From positions 8,798-72,797 of the forward strand of contig JAJZYR010000003.1 of assembly GCA_021797995.1 (NCBI GenBank): a DNA stretch of 64,000 nucleotides, given 5' to 3'. The notes under the pieces are model-generated. The model did no database searches. It saw only the letters and a program-made list of their open reading frames with translations, and was not told where the DNA came from. Shown piece after piece: positions 47,511-55,652 of the stretch. Within the stretch, counting starts at the first letter, position 1; every line of letters begins with the position of its first letter. Source of the DNA: Candidatus Micrarchaeota archaeon. Lineage in GTDB: Archaea; Micrarchaeota; Micrarchaeia; Micrarchaeales; CABMGC01. Both the position numbers and the translations under genes were made by a program.

Positions 47511-48092
47511 ATGGTAAAGGGTAAGATCATGGGCAATGCCGTCACGGCGTCAAGGGTCAAGATAGGGAAAAAGAGCAACATAGCCCTAATAGGCTTCATG
47601 TGCGCAGGCAAGACCTCTGTTGGAAGGCTCCTTGCAGCTTCCCTTGGAAAGAAGTTCATAGACACCGACAATGTGATAGAGAAGACGGCATACAAGACGA
47701 TCAGTGAAATATTCGATAGCGAAGGGGAGATCGGGTTCAGGGCAAAAGAGATTGAAGCAGTGAAAAAGGCATCAGAGGCCCGCGATGCCGTGATATCCTG
47801 CGGTGGCGGGGTTGTCTATAACAAAATCAACACTGACAGGCTCAAAACGTCATCGTACATAGTATTCCTGAAGGTCTCGCCGAAGGCGGTGCTTGAGAGG
47901 GCTGAAAGAGACGGCATTGACAGGCCTTTACTTAGGGGGAAGGGCAAGATGGCTGCGATAAAAAAGCTTATCGCGTTGAGGGAGCCGCTTTACACCGCAT
48001 ACTCCGACCTGACTGTAGATACTACGAATGCGGGCATAGGCGAGGCTGCAAAGGCGGTAATCTCAAAAATCAAGAATCAGGTGACAAGATGA
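47511..48092 (+). CDS. aroK: shikimate kinase, P-loop (bacterial AroK/AroL) type
   Basis: IALIGFMCAGKTSVGRLLAASLGKKFIDTD, ISCGGGVV and RPLL blocks match AroK. It is not the GHMP-type archaeal kinase. Confidence 0.85.
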   Translation: MVKGKIMGNAVTASRVKIGKKSNIALIGFMCAGKTSVGRLLAASLGKKFIDTDNVIEKTAYKTISEIFDSEGEIGFRAKEIEAVKKASEARDAVISCGGGVVYNKINTDRLKTSSYIVFLKVSPKAVLERAERDGIDRPLLRGKGKMAAIKKLIALREPLYTAYSDLTVDTTNAGIGEAAKAVISKIKNQVTR

Positions 48093-49345
48093 TAGTCAGC
48101 GTAACTGGCAGCAGCATATCCGGAAGGGCCGATGCGCCCCCTTCAAAGAGTTTCACACATCGCGCAGTAGTCACTGCCGCGCTGGCATACGGAACCAGCA
48201 CGATAGTCAATCCTCTCATGTCCGATGATACAGACGCAACAATAGCCGTTTTCAAGTCCATCGGCGTTGAAACCGAAAGGAAAGGAAGTGAATGGAAGGT
48301 GTTTGGGGGAGAGCTGACTGCGCCTAAAGCGGATCTGTTTTGCAATGAGTCGGGCACGACCCTCAGGCTTGCAACTGCGGTATGCTCCCTTGTAGAAGGC
48401 CGCTGCAGGATAACAGGGGCGCCGTCCTTGCTAAAAAGGCCGATAGGCGAGCTGGTAGGCGCACTAAAGCAGCTTGGGGCAAAATGCTCATGCAACGGAG
48501 GGTTCCCGCCAGTTGTAACGGAAAATTCTTTTCTGGGAGGAACAGCAAGCCTGCGTGGCGATGTAAGCTCGGTATTCGTATCGGCCCTGCTGCTCATTGC
48601 ACCGCTAGGCAAGAAAGAGGTTGTAATAAACCTGAGCACAAGGCTTGAGTCATATCCATATGTCCTTATGACGCTATCGTCGCAGAAGTCGTTCGGGGTC
48701 AGTGTAGAAGCATCAAAAGACATGAGAAGATTCGAGATAAAGAGCCAAAAATACAGGGCGTCATCCTATAAAGTCGAGGGTGACTGGTCGTCAGCCGCAT
48801 TCCTCCTTGCCGCTGCCGCGCTTTCAGGGAGGGTCAAGGTCGCAAACCTGAATATTCAGAGCAGCCAGGCAGATAGGAGCATAATCGATATACTAAATGC
48901 GATGGGCGCATACGTAAAGACAGAGGGGGACACCGTCACTGTAGAAAAGTCGGCACTGAAGGCAATAAATTTTGATGTATCGAACTGCCCTGATGTTTTT
49001 CCGGCGCTCTGCGTGCTGTGCTCCGCTGCAACCGGCATAAGCAGAATTACCGGAATAGAGAGGCTGAAAATAAAGGAGTCTGACAGGATAACGGAGATGG
49101 AAAGAGGGTTGACCGGAATGGGTATAGCATTCAGGCGGATCGGAGGGGCAGTGGAGATAAAGGGGGGCAATGCCCAAGGGGGAATTATAAATTCACAAGA
49201 CCATAGAATTGCCATGGCATTCGGCGTTTTGGGAACCGCTGCAAAAGGCAGGACCATTATAAGAAATGCGGAGTGCGTTTCAAAGTCGTTCCCGGATTTC
49301 TGGGAATGCATGAAGAAGCTAAATGCAGAGATTGAGACGGTTTGA
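48089..49345 (+). CDS. aroA: 3-phosphoshikimate 1-carboxyvinyltransferase (EPSP synthase)
   Basis: 418-aa ORF with PPSKSFTHRA, NESGTTLRL, LKRPIGELV and KESDR motifs. 4-nt overlaps on both sides. Confidence 0.92.
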   Translation: MIVSVTGSSISGRADAPPSKSFTHRAVVTAALAYGTSTIVNPLMSDDTDATIAVFKSIGVETERKGSEWKVFGGELTAPKADLFCNESGTTLRLATAVCSLVEGRCRITGAPSLLKRPIGELVGALKQLGAKCSCNGGFPPVVTENSFLGGTASLRGDVSSVFVSALLLIAPLGKKEVVINLSTRLESYPYVLMTLSSQKSFGVSVEASKDMRRFEIKSQKYRASSYKVEGDWSSAAFLLAAAALSGRVKVANLNIQSSQADRSIIDILNAMGAYVKTEGDTVTVEKSALKAINFDVSNCPDVFPALCVLCSAATGISRITGIERLKIKESDRITEMERGLTGMGIAFRRIGGAVEIKGGNAQGGIINSQDHRIAMAFGVLGTAAKGRTIIRNAECVSKSFPDFWECMKKLNAEIETV

Positions 49346-50442
49346 TGAGCGCAAATAGCATAGGCAGCATTTTCAAGGTAATGAGCTTTGGAGAGAGCCA
49401 CGGCAGATGCGTAGGCGTTGTCATAGACGGATGCCCCGCCGGACTTAAGCTCGACATGGTGCTTATACAAAAAGACCTTGACAGAAGGAGGACAGGGCAG
49501 AACCCCGAACTCTCATCGGTGAGGAAGGAAGAGGACAAGGTGGAGATCCTGTCAGGGGTCTTCAATGGAGTTACCACAGGAGCCCCCGTGTGCATGCTTG
49601 TATGGAACAAAGATACTATCTCAGAAGCATATGAGCAGAGGAGGTACACTCCAAGGCCGGGCCATGCCGACTTCACCGGCTTTGTCAAGTATGGCGGTTT
49701 TGAGGACTATCGCGGCGGGGGAAGATTCTCTGCAAGAAACACGGCCGGTTTTGTCATAGCTGGAACGATTGCAAAACAGCTGCTGGAGCGGTTGAATATA
49801 GAAGTGCTCGCGCATACGACAAGCATAGGGAAGGTAAGCGCCGGCAAGGCCAGCATCGAGGACATACGTGCAAACGTTCCCAAGAACGGGGTGGGATGCG
49901 CGGATCCTGATGCCGCAGACAAGATGGCCGAGGCAATATCCAAGGCCAAGAAGGGCGGCGACAGCCTGGGGGGCACGATAGAAGGGATCGCAATAAACCT
50001 TCCGGTCGGGTTGGGTGAGCCTATATTCGAAAACCTTGACGGAGAGCTCTCAAAAGCGCTCTTTGCCATCCCGGCAGTCAAGGCAGTGGAATTCGGGTCC
50101 GGATTCAAAGGATCAACGGCATTCGGCTCAGAGAACAACGACGAATTCATGCTCAATGGCGGGAAGGTGGTCACAAGGACAAACAACTCCGGAGGCATAC
50201 TTGGCGGAATATCGGACGGCATGCCAATCGTAGTAAAAATAGGGTTCAAACCGATAGCCTCGATACCAAAAAAGCAGACGACTGTCAACCTGAAGGATAT
50301 GAAAGAGGTGGAGATATCATCCATGGGCAGATTTGATCCGTGCCCGATTCCAAGGGCAATTCCAATAGTAGAGGGAATGATGGCAATCGTACTCTGCGAC
50401 TTTGCACTCAGGTCGCATCTCATTCCTCCGGTGTTAAAATGA
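49342..50442 (+). CDS. aroC: chorismate synthase
   Basis: 366-aa ORF with FGESHG, RPGHAD, GGGRFSAR and GRFDPC motifs. Confidence 0.93.
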   Translation: MMSANSIGSIFKVMSFGESHGRCVGVVIDGCPAGLKLDMVLIQKDLDRRRTGQNPELSSVRKEEDKVEILSGVFNGVTTGAPVCMLVWNKDTISEAYEQRRYTPRPGHADFTGFVKYGGFEDYRGGGRFSARNTAGFVIAGTIAKQLLERLNIEVLAHTTSIGKVSAGKASIEDIRANVPKNGVGCADPDAADKMAEAISKAKKGGDSLGGTIEGIAINLPVGLGEPIFENLDGELSKALFAIPAVKAVEFGSGFKGSTAFGSENNDEFMLNGGKVVTRTNNSGGILGGISDGMPIVVKIGFKPIASIPKKQTTVNLKDMKEVEISSMGRFDPCPIPRAIPIVEGMMAIVLCDFALRSHLIPPVLK

Positions 50443-50732
50443 ACGACCCCAAGAAAACATTAGAAGACAGCAGAAAGAGCATAGACGCGATAACGCGCGA
50501 AATGGTTAGGCTTATCCGCAAAAGGGATCTTGTAGTAAGGAAGGTAATCGAGGCAAAGCGCCAGTTGGGCATCCCGGCCCTAAATGCAGTGAGAGAGAAG
50601 GCGCTCATACGCAAAGCGCGAGATATGGCAGAAAAGGCAGGAGTAGACCCGCTACTCATGGAAAAGATAACAAGACTCATAATAGATAACAGCAGGAAAT
50701 ACGAGGAATCCTCACTAAAAAAGGCAAGATAG
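50439..50732 (+). CDS. chorismate mutase, AroQ class (monofunctional)
   Basis: 97-aa helical ORF (LEDSRKSIDAITREMVRLIRKRDLVVRKVIEAKRQLGIP..REKALI). The ATG overlaps the aroC stop (ATGA). The track ORF start at 50340 is over-extended. Confidence 0.8.
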   Translation: MNDPKKTLEDSRKSIDAITREMVRLIRKRDLVVRKVIEAKRQLGIPALNAVREKALIRKARDMAEKAGVDPLLMEKITRLIIDNSRKYEESSLKKAR

Positions 50733-50739
50733 CAGATGT

Positions 50740-50751
50740 TCCCATCGGGAT
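50740..50751. repeat. 12-bp direct repeat TCCCATCGGGAT, identical to the 3' end of tRNA-Glu (52252-52263); candidate att site
   Basis: Exact 12-mer 8 nt after the chorismate mutase stop. The second copy covers the T-stem/acceptor 3' strand of the tRNA-Glu gene. An AT-rich segment lies between the copies. Confidence 0.55.
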
Positions 50752-50887
50752 GTAACATTCAAGTTAAATGCCCACCATGTACCGCCATACTTGCTTAGAA
50801 TCTACAGCTTGAACACTCTTTTTTGACCAGTTTTATCCTGGGATATGTGCCTTTGTTGTTATTTGCTCTATGTTTCTCATGTTATAA

Positions 50888-52162
50888 CTATTTTTTGATC
50901 TGCTCGGTCTCAAGAAGCCATCTCCAGGCAGGTTTTACTTCTATTTTCTTGCCATCGTATTGCAATTCTTGCTCTTGCTCTAACGTAATTATAAAATACT
51001 CCTTTGCCTTTATTCTTTCTACAGCCTTAAGCAAACCTCCTGCTTCTCTCTCTGTATTCCCTGCGTTTAATTCATAGCACACCTGAATCACGGTCTTATC
51101 ATGGGGGATTACAAAATCTGCTTCGCGACCATTTTCATCCTTGTAGTAATAAAACTCTTTTCCAAGTCTTTTCAGATGTACTGCGATTGTGTTCTCTAGA
51201 ATTGCCCCTTTATGTTCAAGTACAGAAGGGGAGTTTTTAACTAATATTCCGCTGTCTATGCAGTATACTTTCCTAGGATTCTTATCTATCATCTTTAGCT
51301 TTCGTTCGAATTTCCTGATTTCAAATAATAGGTACGTCTCTGCTACATAGGACATGTACTTCTCCACAGTTACAGAACTCTTTATCCCGAAGTTTCCAGC
51401 AACTGAACGGTAAGTTATCATATTTGATGCATTTGCAATAAGGAAACGTACGACAGATTTCAATTCGATTGGCTTTCTTATGCTATACCTCGTAAGTATG
51501 TCCTTTCTTACGATGTCATCGACAATTTCTGTCAAGATGCGCTCATTTGACAACACTACAGATTCAGGCATTCCTCCCTTCAGAAGATATTCTTTGAAAA
51601 GTCCAGACAACAAAGCGACCTGGGTGGTCGAATATAAACCCTTCTTTATCACTTCAGGATTCTTAGCTGACAAAAACTCCAAAAACGAGAAGGGGTATAG
51701 CTCAATATCCGTATGTCTGCCGGTCATATGAGTGCCAAGTTCTTTGCTTAGCAGGTTGGCATTTGAACCGGTAATAAATATCGCATACCCCTGCCGCATC
51801 AATCGGTTGACGAAGAGCTCCCAGCCTCTTACATTTTGGATCTCATCAAAGAATGCCTTTTTCTTGTCTCCAAGCATCTCTATTAAGGTTTCCATTACCG
51901 AACGAAGATCATCGGTTGTGAGATCCGAAAGTAGTTCGTCATCAAAGTTGAAGTATAAGAAATCGTCATTGAATTTGGTACGCATTAGCTGCATTAAGAG
52001 CGTGCTTTTGCCGCAGCGGCGGACACCTTTTATTACAAAAGCAGAGGAGCCGCTATAGCTAAGAACCTCATGAAAGACCGTTCTTGGGACAGTATGCTTA
52101 AGGTTCTTGATCTCTTTTAACTGGTCTTCTATGACACTGCGTAAAAGCGGCTTAGTTATCAT
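50888..52162 (-). CDS. AAA+ ATPase (COG1373-like, AAA domain plus DUF4143-like C-terminal domain)
   Basis: 424-aa ORF with Walker A GVRRCGKSTLL, Walker B AFFDEIQ and a C-terminal restriction-endonuclease-like region. Visibly AT-richer than its neighbours. Confidence 0.7.
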   Translation of the reverse strand: MITKPLLRSVIEDQLKEIKNLKHTVPRTVFHEVLSYSGSSAFVIKGVRRCGKSTLLMQLMRTKFNDDFLYFNFDDELLSDLTTDDLRSVMETLIEMLGDKKKAFFDEIQNVRGWELFVNRLMRQGYAIFITGSNANLLSKELGTHMTGRHTDIELYPFSFLEFLSAKNPEVIKKGLYSTTQVALLSGLFKEYLLKGGMPESVVLSNERILTEIVDDIVRKDILTRYSIRKPIELKSVVRFLIANASNMITYRSVAGNFGIKSSVTVEKYMSYVAETYLLFEIRKFERKLKMIDKNPRKVYCIDSGILVKNSPSVLEHKGAILENTIAVHLKRLGKEFYYYKDENGREADFVIPHDKTVIQVCYELNAGNTEREAGGLLKAVERIKAKEYFIITLEQEQELQYDGKKIEVKPAWRWLLETEQIKK

Positions 52163-52228
52163 TGCTGAGTATATGAACGGACATGTATTTAAATCATGTG
52201 TTTTATAATAAACAAAAACATCGATTAT

Positions 52229-52246
52229 TGCTTATTATAATAAGCA
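52229..52246. terminator. perfect 18-bp palindrome TGCTTATTATAATAAGCA followed (minus strand) by a T-rich run, immediately 3' of tRNA-Glu
   Basis: Verified as its own reverse complement. The minus strand continues ...GATGTTTTTGTTTATTATAAAA. May serve as tRNA terminator and/or a recombinase site. Confidence 0.4.
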
Positions 52247-52249
52247 TTT

Positions 52250-52323
52250 GCTCCCATCGGGATTTGAACCCGAGTTGCGGGGTTGAAAGCCCCACGTCCT
52301 TGGCCGGACTAGACGATAGGAGC
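52250..52323 (-). tRNA. tRNA-Glu (anticodon UUC)
   Basis: Minus strand: GCTCCTA TC GTCT AGTCCGGCCAA GGAC G TGGGG CTTTCAA CCCCG CAAC TCGGG TTCAAAT CCCGA TGGGAGC, discriminator A. Canonical cloverleaf, 74 nt, no CCA. Confidence 0.9.
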
Positions 52324-52395
52324 AACACCTTATTATTCTATGTCATGCTTTATTAATACTGTTTGCAAAATACCATTTGCATTTCTGGCTGAAGC

Positions 52396-53034
52396 ATGCC
52401 CGGTATGATAATATCGATAACTGGAATAGACCTTGCAGGCAAGCATACGCAGTCAGAGCTTCTTGCTGGCAAGCTCCGCAAATACGGATACCGTGTGTCT
52501 TCCTATTCGTACCCTGACTACAATTCGGTGTACGGAAGAATAATCCGCGACTATCTTGAAAAGAAAATAACAATGGGCACAGGTGAGCTGTTTCTTGTCT
52601 TTCTTGCCGACATGATGAAGGACAAGGAAAGGATAGAACGCGAGATAAGCACTGGCAGCGTGATAATAACGGACAGGTATTTCGTCGATACGATTGCATA
52701 TCAATCGGCAGGCGGGCTTGACTGCGCGATGCTTAAGGCTGTGGAAGACGCGATGGGCCTGCCAAAACCGGGGATGGTGATATATATCGACATACCGGCC
52801 TCAGTTGCCACGGAAAGGAAGGCCACGCATGGAGGCAGGCCCGATAAATACGAAGAAGATGCCGCATACCTGGAAAAGGCAAGGAGAGCGTATGAAGAGC
52901 TATTTGAGGAACGTTACACAGGGGCAGAATGGATAAAGATCGATGGGACTGATGGCATAGATAACATTCATCATAGGATATCAGAGCATGCAGTAAGGTT
53001 GCTGGAAGCAAAGAAGGTGCCGCAAGCGATTTAA
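52396..53034 (+). CDS. tmk: thymidylate kinase
   Basis: 212-aa ORF with ISITGIDLAGKHTQ P-loop, DRY motif (ITDRYFVDT) and a lid region. Confidence 0.85.
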   Translation: MPGMIISITGIDLAGKHTQSELLAGKLRKYGYRVSSYSYPDYNSVYGRIIRDYLEKKITMGTGELFLVFLADMMKDKERIEREISTGSVIITDRYFVDTIAYQSAGGLDCAMLKAVEDAMGLPKPGMVIYIDIPASVATERKATHGGRPDKYEEDAAYLEKARRAYEELFEERYTGAEWIKIDGTDGIDNIHHRISEHAVRLLEAKKVPQAI

Positions 53035-53080
53035 CAACGTGAGCGGGAAATCCCACACCCTCTTCAGAGGGTTCCCTTTA

Positions 53081-54340
53081 GACCGACATAATTGATTTCT
53101 CCTCCTAGCACCTGACGCCGCAACAAGTCAGATAATGTTGCGGCGTGATGTATAAACAGGTGCAAACATGGAAATAGCAATAGACCTCGGAAAGTGGAAG
53201 AGTTACGTTGTCATGGAAGACAACGGCAAGATTGTAAAAGAAGGATACACGGGGACGACAAAAGAGGAGTTCTTCGCATTCTTCGGACAAGTAAATAATC
53301 CGAAGATAATAGTTGAGGCCAGTAGTACTGTAAACAGGATTGCGAATATTTTTGAAGGATATGACCTTACCGTAGCCCATCCTGCAAAAGTCAAACTGAT
53401 TGCACAGTTGGTAAAGAAGACAGACAAAGTTGATACGCATACGATAATGGATCTGTACAAAAAGGACTATCTTCCGAAGTCTTATCTGCCGTCAAAGGAG
53501 ATAAGGGATATGAGAGACATCTGCAGAGAGAGGTCTTTTCTGGTAGGGCAGAGAACCGCAATCAAGAACAAGATACGTTACCAGTCATATTGCCTCGGAA
53601 TAGAGTTCAAAACATGGACAAAAAGAAACATAAAAATGCTGAAGGAAGAACCAAAACTGAGGCTCCTGATGACACAACTTGAGTCTATTACTCATACAAT
53701 AACCAAATATGAACGTATGATAAAAGACGCGGCAGTAGAAGACGCCAATGCAAGGCTGATAGACACAATACCTGGAATCGGAAAAGTAAGTGCATTGATC
53801 ATTGCATCTGAAATAGGGGATGTAAATCGTTTCCCATCAGAGGAAAACATCTTCGCATACACGGGATTGGTGCCAAGAATATACCAGTCTGGCAATAAGG
53901 AATGGAAGGGCCACATTACAAAAGGCAATGGCTTCCTGAAGTGGACGTTAGTAGAATGTGTAGGGATACACATAATGAACTCTACAGATTCGCCTATAAC
54001 TGCAGCCTATGAACGCATACGAGAAAGAAGAGGAAACAAAAAGGCAAAGATTGCAGCTGCAAGACATATGCTGCGGGCAATCTATTATATGCTCAAACGG
54101 AATCAGAATTTTGATTCCTATTTGGGAGGCAGGAGGATGCGTTGATCCCACCGTGTTGCGATGCAACGTGCTTTAGACTAACGCCCTCCTGCCCTAATGA
54201 AAGTCAGAATATCGCACTGCGATGAATAGTAGAGCATTATGAAAGTATTAAAAGATGAATGGTGATAAATGATTAACCGAGAATATTATTCTGGCCTTGC
54301 GGCTCTTGCCGCTAGGTCGGAGAAATCAATATAGTAGCGG
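53081..54340 (+). mobile_element. IS110-family insertion sequence (IS1111-like layout); boundaries approximate
   Basis: DEDD-type transposase flanked by imperfect inverted repeats: ATTGATTTCTCCtcCTAGC (53091-53109) and GCTAGgtcGGAGAAATCAAT (54311-54330). The 12-mer and 6-mer blocks are exact. The interior is AT-richer than the flanks and interrupts tmk/dcd. Confidence 0.7.
53168..54145 (+). CDS. IS110-family transposase/recombinase (DEDD N-terminal domain plus Tnp_20 C-terminal domain)
   Basis: 325-aa ORF with N-terminal IAIDLGK, C-terminal LIDTIPGIGKVSALIIASEIGDVNRF and YQSGN (Ser nucleophile context). Confidence 0.88.
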   Translation: MEIAIDLGKWKSYVVMEDNGKIVKEGYTGTTKEEFFAFFGQVNNPKIIVEASSTVNRIANIFEGYDLTVAHPAKVKLIAQLVKKTDKVDTHTIMDLYKKDYLPKSYLPSKEIRDMRDICRERSFLVGQRTAIKNKIRYQSYCLGIEFKTWTKRNIKMLKEEPKLRLLMTQLESITHTITKYERMIKDAAVEDANARLIDTIPGIGKVSALIIASEIGDVNRFPSEENIFAYTGLVPRIYQSGNKEWKGHITKGNGFLKWTLVECVGIHIMNSTDSPITAAYERIRERRGNKKAKIAAARHMLRAIYYMLKRNQNFDSYLGGRRMR

Positions 54341-54382
54341 TGGGAGGATGTCACATGCGTAAGCGCATACTAAAGTGGTAGA

Positions 54383-54946
54383 ATGATACTGTCAGATAGG
54401 GACATCAGGGAGTACATCAAGAGGGGAGAGATTAAGATAGTGCCCTGCGACCTCAAGGAGCAGCTCCAGCCGATAGGCGTAGACCTAAGGCTCGGAAACA
54501 CCTTCAAAATATTCAAGATAACCCACAAGTCTCATATCGACCTTGCCGCAAAGAACTACGAGCCCGACACGGAAACCATAGAAGTGGCAGACGGGAAGAG
54601 CTTTGTGCTGCATCCTGACGAGTTTGTCCTCGGAATAACAAAAGAGTATGTGGAGATCCCGAACGACATAATGGCGCACATAGACGGAAGGTCAAGCCTA
54701 GGAAGGCTCGGCATAGGCGTACATTCCACTGCCGGCCATGCTGATCCTGGCTGGAAGGGCAGGCTGACGCTTGAGATAAGCAACATAGGAAAGCTCCCGA
54801 TCTCCATAATACCAGGGATGCGGTTCTGCTGCCTCATATTTGAGACCCTCTCCTCCCCTGTGGAAAAGGGCTACCGCGGAAAGTACTTCAGGACGACATC
54901 CCCAAGCACCTCGAAGATAAGCGAGGAGTTCAATGAAAGAAAGTAG
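54383..54946 (+). CDS. dcd: dCTP deaminase (Dcd family; possibly bifunctional dCTP deaminase-dUTPase)
   Basis: 187-aa ORF with MILSDRDIREYI, GVDLRLG, GRSSLGRLGI and ADPGWKGRLTLEI. Confidence 0.88.
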   Translation: MILSDRDIREYIKRGEIKIVPCDLKEQLQPIGVDLRLGNTFKIFKITHKSHIDLAAKNYEPDTETIEVADGKSFVLHPDEFVLGITKEYVEIPNDIMAHIDGRSSLGRLGIGVHSTAGHADPGWKGRLTLEISNIGKLPISIIPGMRFCCLIFETLSSPVEKGYRGKYFRTTSPSTSKISEEFNERK

Positions 54947-55084
54947 ATAAGCGGAAAAACGGCAGCGTTTGCCTGATAGCGCGTTGCGAGATGGGCAGCA
55001 AAAAACCCCAATCATCAAGATCGGCACAATCGACTTCTACTCTGGTGCCAGATGCTGCAACAAGTCCGTATATAAGAGAAAATG

Positions 55085-55648
55085 TCAAGTCTGTTTTTCC
55101 TTCTCCTTGGCGGCCACCCTGCCGTCCTGCCACTGCCCTCCGTACGGCCTGTGAATGTCACCGACTACCTGCTCGAATACTATGTTTACGAATCTTGCCC
55201 CGAGCTCCAGGGTGAACTGCCGCTTGCCGAGATTAGCGAGCACGAATGTCAATTCCCCATGATATCCGGGGTCTGTCTTTGTACCCCTGAAGTAGATCCC
55301 GGATCTCTGTAGGGTGCTCCTCGGGTGGGCGTTGGCCATCAGGTGCGTAGGAGCCTGCCCTTCGGCGACGGAGACCTTTCCTGCAGGCACGTTTACTGAT
55401 TCTATGGTCTTTACCAGAACCAGCTCTCCAGGCCCTATCACGACCTTCTTGTCGCCTGCCTTGATATCCGCAATCTTCTTCGCTTCCGGAGTCTTCCTCT
55501 CAGTCTCACCTAAATAACCCTCCCCTTCAAGCGTATAAATCTCGCCAGCCCTCAGGTCTATCCCTACCCCTTCGGGGTTTGTCATCTCCCGATCAGAGAG
55601 GTTATGTATAAGGTCAAGCTCAAGCACCTTCTTCGCCGAAAGTATCAT
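55085..55648 (-). CDS. second Dcd/dUTPase-family protein (dUTPase-like paralogue)
   Basis: MILSAKKVLEL..., GIDLRAG, PRSTLQRSGI and DPGYHGELTFVL. The track start 55690 overlaps thyX; Met at 55648 mirrors the dcd N-terminus. Confidence 0.75.
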   Translation of the reverse strand: MILSAKKVLELDLIHNLSDREMTNPEGVGIDLRAGEIYTLEGEGYLGETERKTPEAKKIADIKAGDKKVVIGPGELVLVKTIESVNVPAGKVSVAEGQAPTHLMANAHPRSTLQRSGIYFRGTKTDPGYHGELTFVLANLGKRQFTLELGARFVNIVFEQVVGDIHRPYGGQWQDGRVAAKEKEKQT

Positions 55649-55652
55649 CAGA

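Noticed and set aside
55048-55068. The 21-nt segment CCAGATGCTGCAACAAGTCCG matches 17/21 to the IS110-like element's hairpin region (53111-53131, CCTGACGCCGCAACAAGTCAG). It could be a second target or solo end.
   Set aside because: Only a 10-nt exact core is shared, and such matches are expected many times by chance in 64 kb. No partner hairpin arm lies at the second site.
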